Positions 61,312-64,000 of a DNA stretch of 64,000 nucleotides are shown here, piece by piece. The first letter of the stretch is position 1; each line of letters opens with the position of its first letter. Under the pieces are notes generated by a model. The model had not been told where the DNA came from. It did no database searches and worked only from the letters and a program-made list of their open reading frames with translations. This DNA is from Cycas panzhihuaensis (Eukaryota; Plantae; Cycadophyta). The position numbers and the translations under genes are program-made. The DNA lies in assembly GCA_023213395.1 (NCBI GenBank), contig CM041465.1, positions 184,581,741 to 184,645,740 on the forward strand, read 5' to 3'.

Positions 61312-64000
61312 CATATGGTGTAAAGTAGGAGTGGTGGTAAGTCAATCCATTGGGAAGATAGGTGAAGCCACCATGCAAACTATGCTTTAACAGATGGAAC
61401 AACCAAACCATAAGAGACTAGTGAAGAAGGTCAAACTATAGAGTGTCAAGGATAAGTCATCTGAGTACACTGAGTGCCTATCATAGGACATGCATGGAAT
61501 GAGATCCTCAGGTTAGCAACCATAAGGAACTAAGACTCCTTACTACAACGAGGGTAAAACAAGAGGTACAATAGGCTCATAATAAAGTAACAAGTCTATG
61601 AGGGCAATAGGTATATAAAAGCCAAGTCGTAGGTCAAGGCCATAAATTAGGTGAGCAAGTGATGTGTAAATAGGTTATTGTGTAGTGTAAGAGAAAGTTA
61701 GGTCACTAAGGGTGACTAAGGCATAATCAAATAATGTTAGTGGTAATGGGAGACCTATAGGCTAATTGTGTGACTAGGTGAAGGTCATGATAGTAGATAA
61801 TAAGCTATAAGCATGAGCATATAGCGAACAAGGTCATCTCAAGTAGAAATTAGAGTGTATGATATCAAAGGAAAGTAGGGGTTAAGTAATACTTGATACA
61901 TGGAGGATAATGGAACCCATAAATACTAATTTATACTCATGGAGAAGTCCCTTACCCTATGGGGGATGCCCATTGGGGGCAAAGGGGGGGCTCGCATAGG
62001 AGAAAGAAGTGTCATCATGGGCATGAGGAGGAATCACACCCTATGGGTGATAAAACATAAAAAGCAAACATATTTTTAAGTATTTTTAAGGATTTCATAT
62101 TTTTTTTAGTTTTTACAATAATATTTACAAGTGATAATTTATACTCATGATGGAGTAAGGATCCCTTATAGGGTGAGTTCTCAACTATGGCCATGGATAC
62201 AATGACAAAATAAGCCCATCATAATGATATGACCTCATTAGGGGCTAACACATGACATAGATAAAGGTAGTTTAGGCTCATTTTGGAGTAAGGTTGTATT
62301 GTGTGAGGGTGAGATCTTGACAATGGCAAAGGATGGAGTGGTATGATAGGCTTAGCATGATGACATGCCTCTAGTAGGAGCAATGCACATCACAAATGAA
62401 AATATTTTAGGCTCATTTTAGAATAGGTTGGTAGCTTAGGCTCATACCAGAGTATTTTCCCTTAACAAGAGCAAAGATGAGCTATAGAAACTTCCCTATT
62501 AGCCCACATAGGGACCATCCAAAATGAAGAGGGGGAGTGAGGGAGCCTGGATCACATTCTAAATCAAGGGGATATATGGGTGTGAATCAATCATGAGTAA
62601 TGGGTCCATCATGGGACAATAGTAACTTAGGTTCATTATTTGAATTGTAGGTAGCAGGGGCTTGATCAGAATCAAACAATATGGTCATAGAGTCTGGGAG
62701 ATTCTTACACACTTTAAACCATATCGATAGTTCATGGTAGGGAAACTAAATGGGTTTTGGATCTTGATGAGGGCCTATACTATGAATAAGTAATACAAGA
62801 GGAGCATAAGATAGTGTCTAAGTGAGCAATGAGTTGAGGAGCATCCCCCTGGGGAGTTTCTCAGGTAGGTGATGAAGGTGGAGGATAGCTAGGAAAGGTA
62901 GGCTCTAAAAGATGATCAAGAGCCCTTATGGAAGGACCAAAGTGAGGGGAAGTATCCTCATGGGATGATTCCCCAGGTGTATATAAAATGAGAGCCACCC
63001 TTTGTGTAGGGGGCTTGTAGTCTTTAACGTCCAACTTAAGGTCACTAAGGATGATAAGGTAACTATAGATACTTACACTAATCAGAGTAAATTAGACCAA
63101 GTTGGTTTAAGGAAATGGAGGGTCTTGATTATAGTAGGAATTGGGGCCTTAAGAAAGGGCCTTGAGGGAAGGATGGGGCTCATTGAGATCATTATCTCAG
63201 GCATCAAAGATAGCTTGGCAAGTAGGTGGAGATGTTTGAGAGGGAGGGGGCTCTTAAGGTATAACTTGCACTTCTCCTTTGTAGACAAATTTGAGTTATC
63301 CCTAATACAAAGAACAAATTGCCCCCATATTATCCAATCAAGGTCATCTTAGGAGTAGGTTGTAATCAACATCAATATCAAGGACAATAATGTCAGTAGG
63401 GACATTCTTGTCTTTAAGAGTGAGTGTCTAGGTCATTATCCCTAAAGGTGCCTTCTCACTCCTATTGTATCCTTAACATTTTAAAGGGATGGGATTAAGA
63501 GCCTCGATGCCTAATTTCTCAAGCATCCAAATGGTCATGGCATTCATTGAAGAGTTATTTTCCATAATAGTCCTCTTTAGGGAAAAGTTGGGAGTTTTTA
63601 TGGTGATGGTAAAGGGGTAGTACCACTAGCACTCTTACTTATTAGTAGGTGGTAATTCATGTGGATCAAAGAAGATAGTAGGAGGGCCATGAGATTTTGT
63701 GGCCACAAATTGAATGGGTGAATCCTTTTAACTAAGAGCCTTAAGGAGTAGATCTTATTAGTTTAGGTAACTCTACAAGACGTCTATCATTAATATACCC
63801 ACAGACACAATATAGAGTTCTTCAATGATAGAGAACATATTCCCCTTACCTATGGGTTAGGAAATTACTCATCAAAAGTTGTAGTGTCCTGGTCAGACCA
63901 AAATGGTCTTAGGAACAATAAGGATCTCTATAGGGGAAGGATCCATAGGTGGTTATAATGTTGAGGCCTCTCTAGCTTCCCTAATCACTTGGACATAAGT

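Overview
AT-rich, CpG-depleted land-plant heterochromatin made almost entirely of nested, decayed LTR retrotransposons. I found no intact host gene, RNA gene or CRISPR array. Boundaries were resolved by eye from LTR pairs, PBS/PPT and 5-bp target-site duplications (TSDs). (1) A Copia 3' end (1-~16110) has its LTR split by a chromovirus Gypsy (1798-16040, TSD AGTTT), which itself carries a full-length Copia (7750-15388, TSD TTATC). (2) A Tat-like remnant (~17485-26100) hosts a gag-less chromovirus (18124-22515). (3) A Tat-type Gypsy with an extra RNase H between protease and RT (~37000-57125) carries three insertions: a gag-only non-autonomous element (38101-43664), a full-length Copia (46163-53886, TSD GGATC) and a Copia deletion derivative (54434-56975, TSD CTCCC). 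(4) A minus-strand Tat-like remnant runs to the window end. The main surprise is that two Copia-type elements carry host-gene fragments antisense in unusually long PBS-to-gag leaders: an ENKD1/enkurin-like ciliary gene piece (52728-53279) and a VPS13X-like piece (~39915-40085). All three long-leader Copias share a layout of PBS, cargo or spacer, CpG-retaining patch, ~1.4-1.6 kb AT-rich spacer, then gag. Protein identifications are from remembered motifs, not database searches, and LTR identities are manual estimates.
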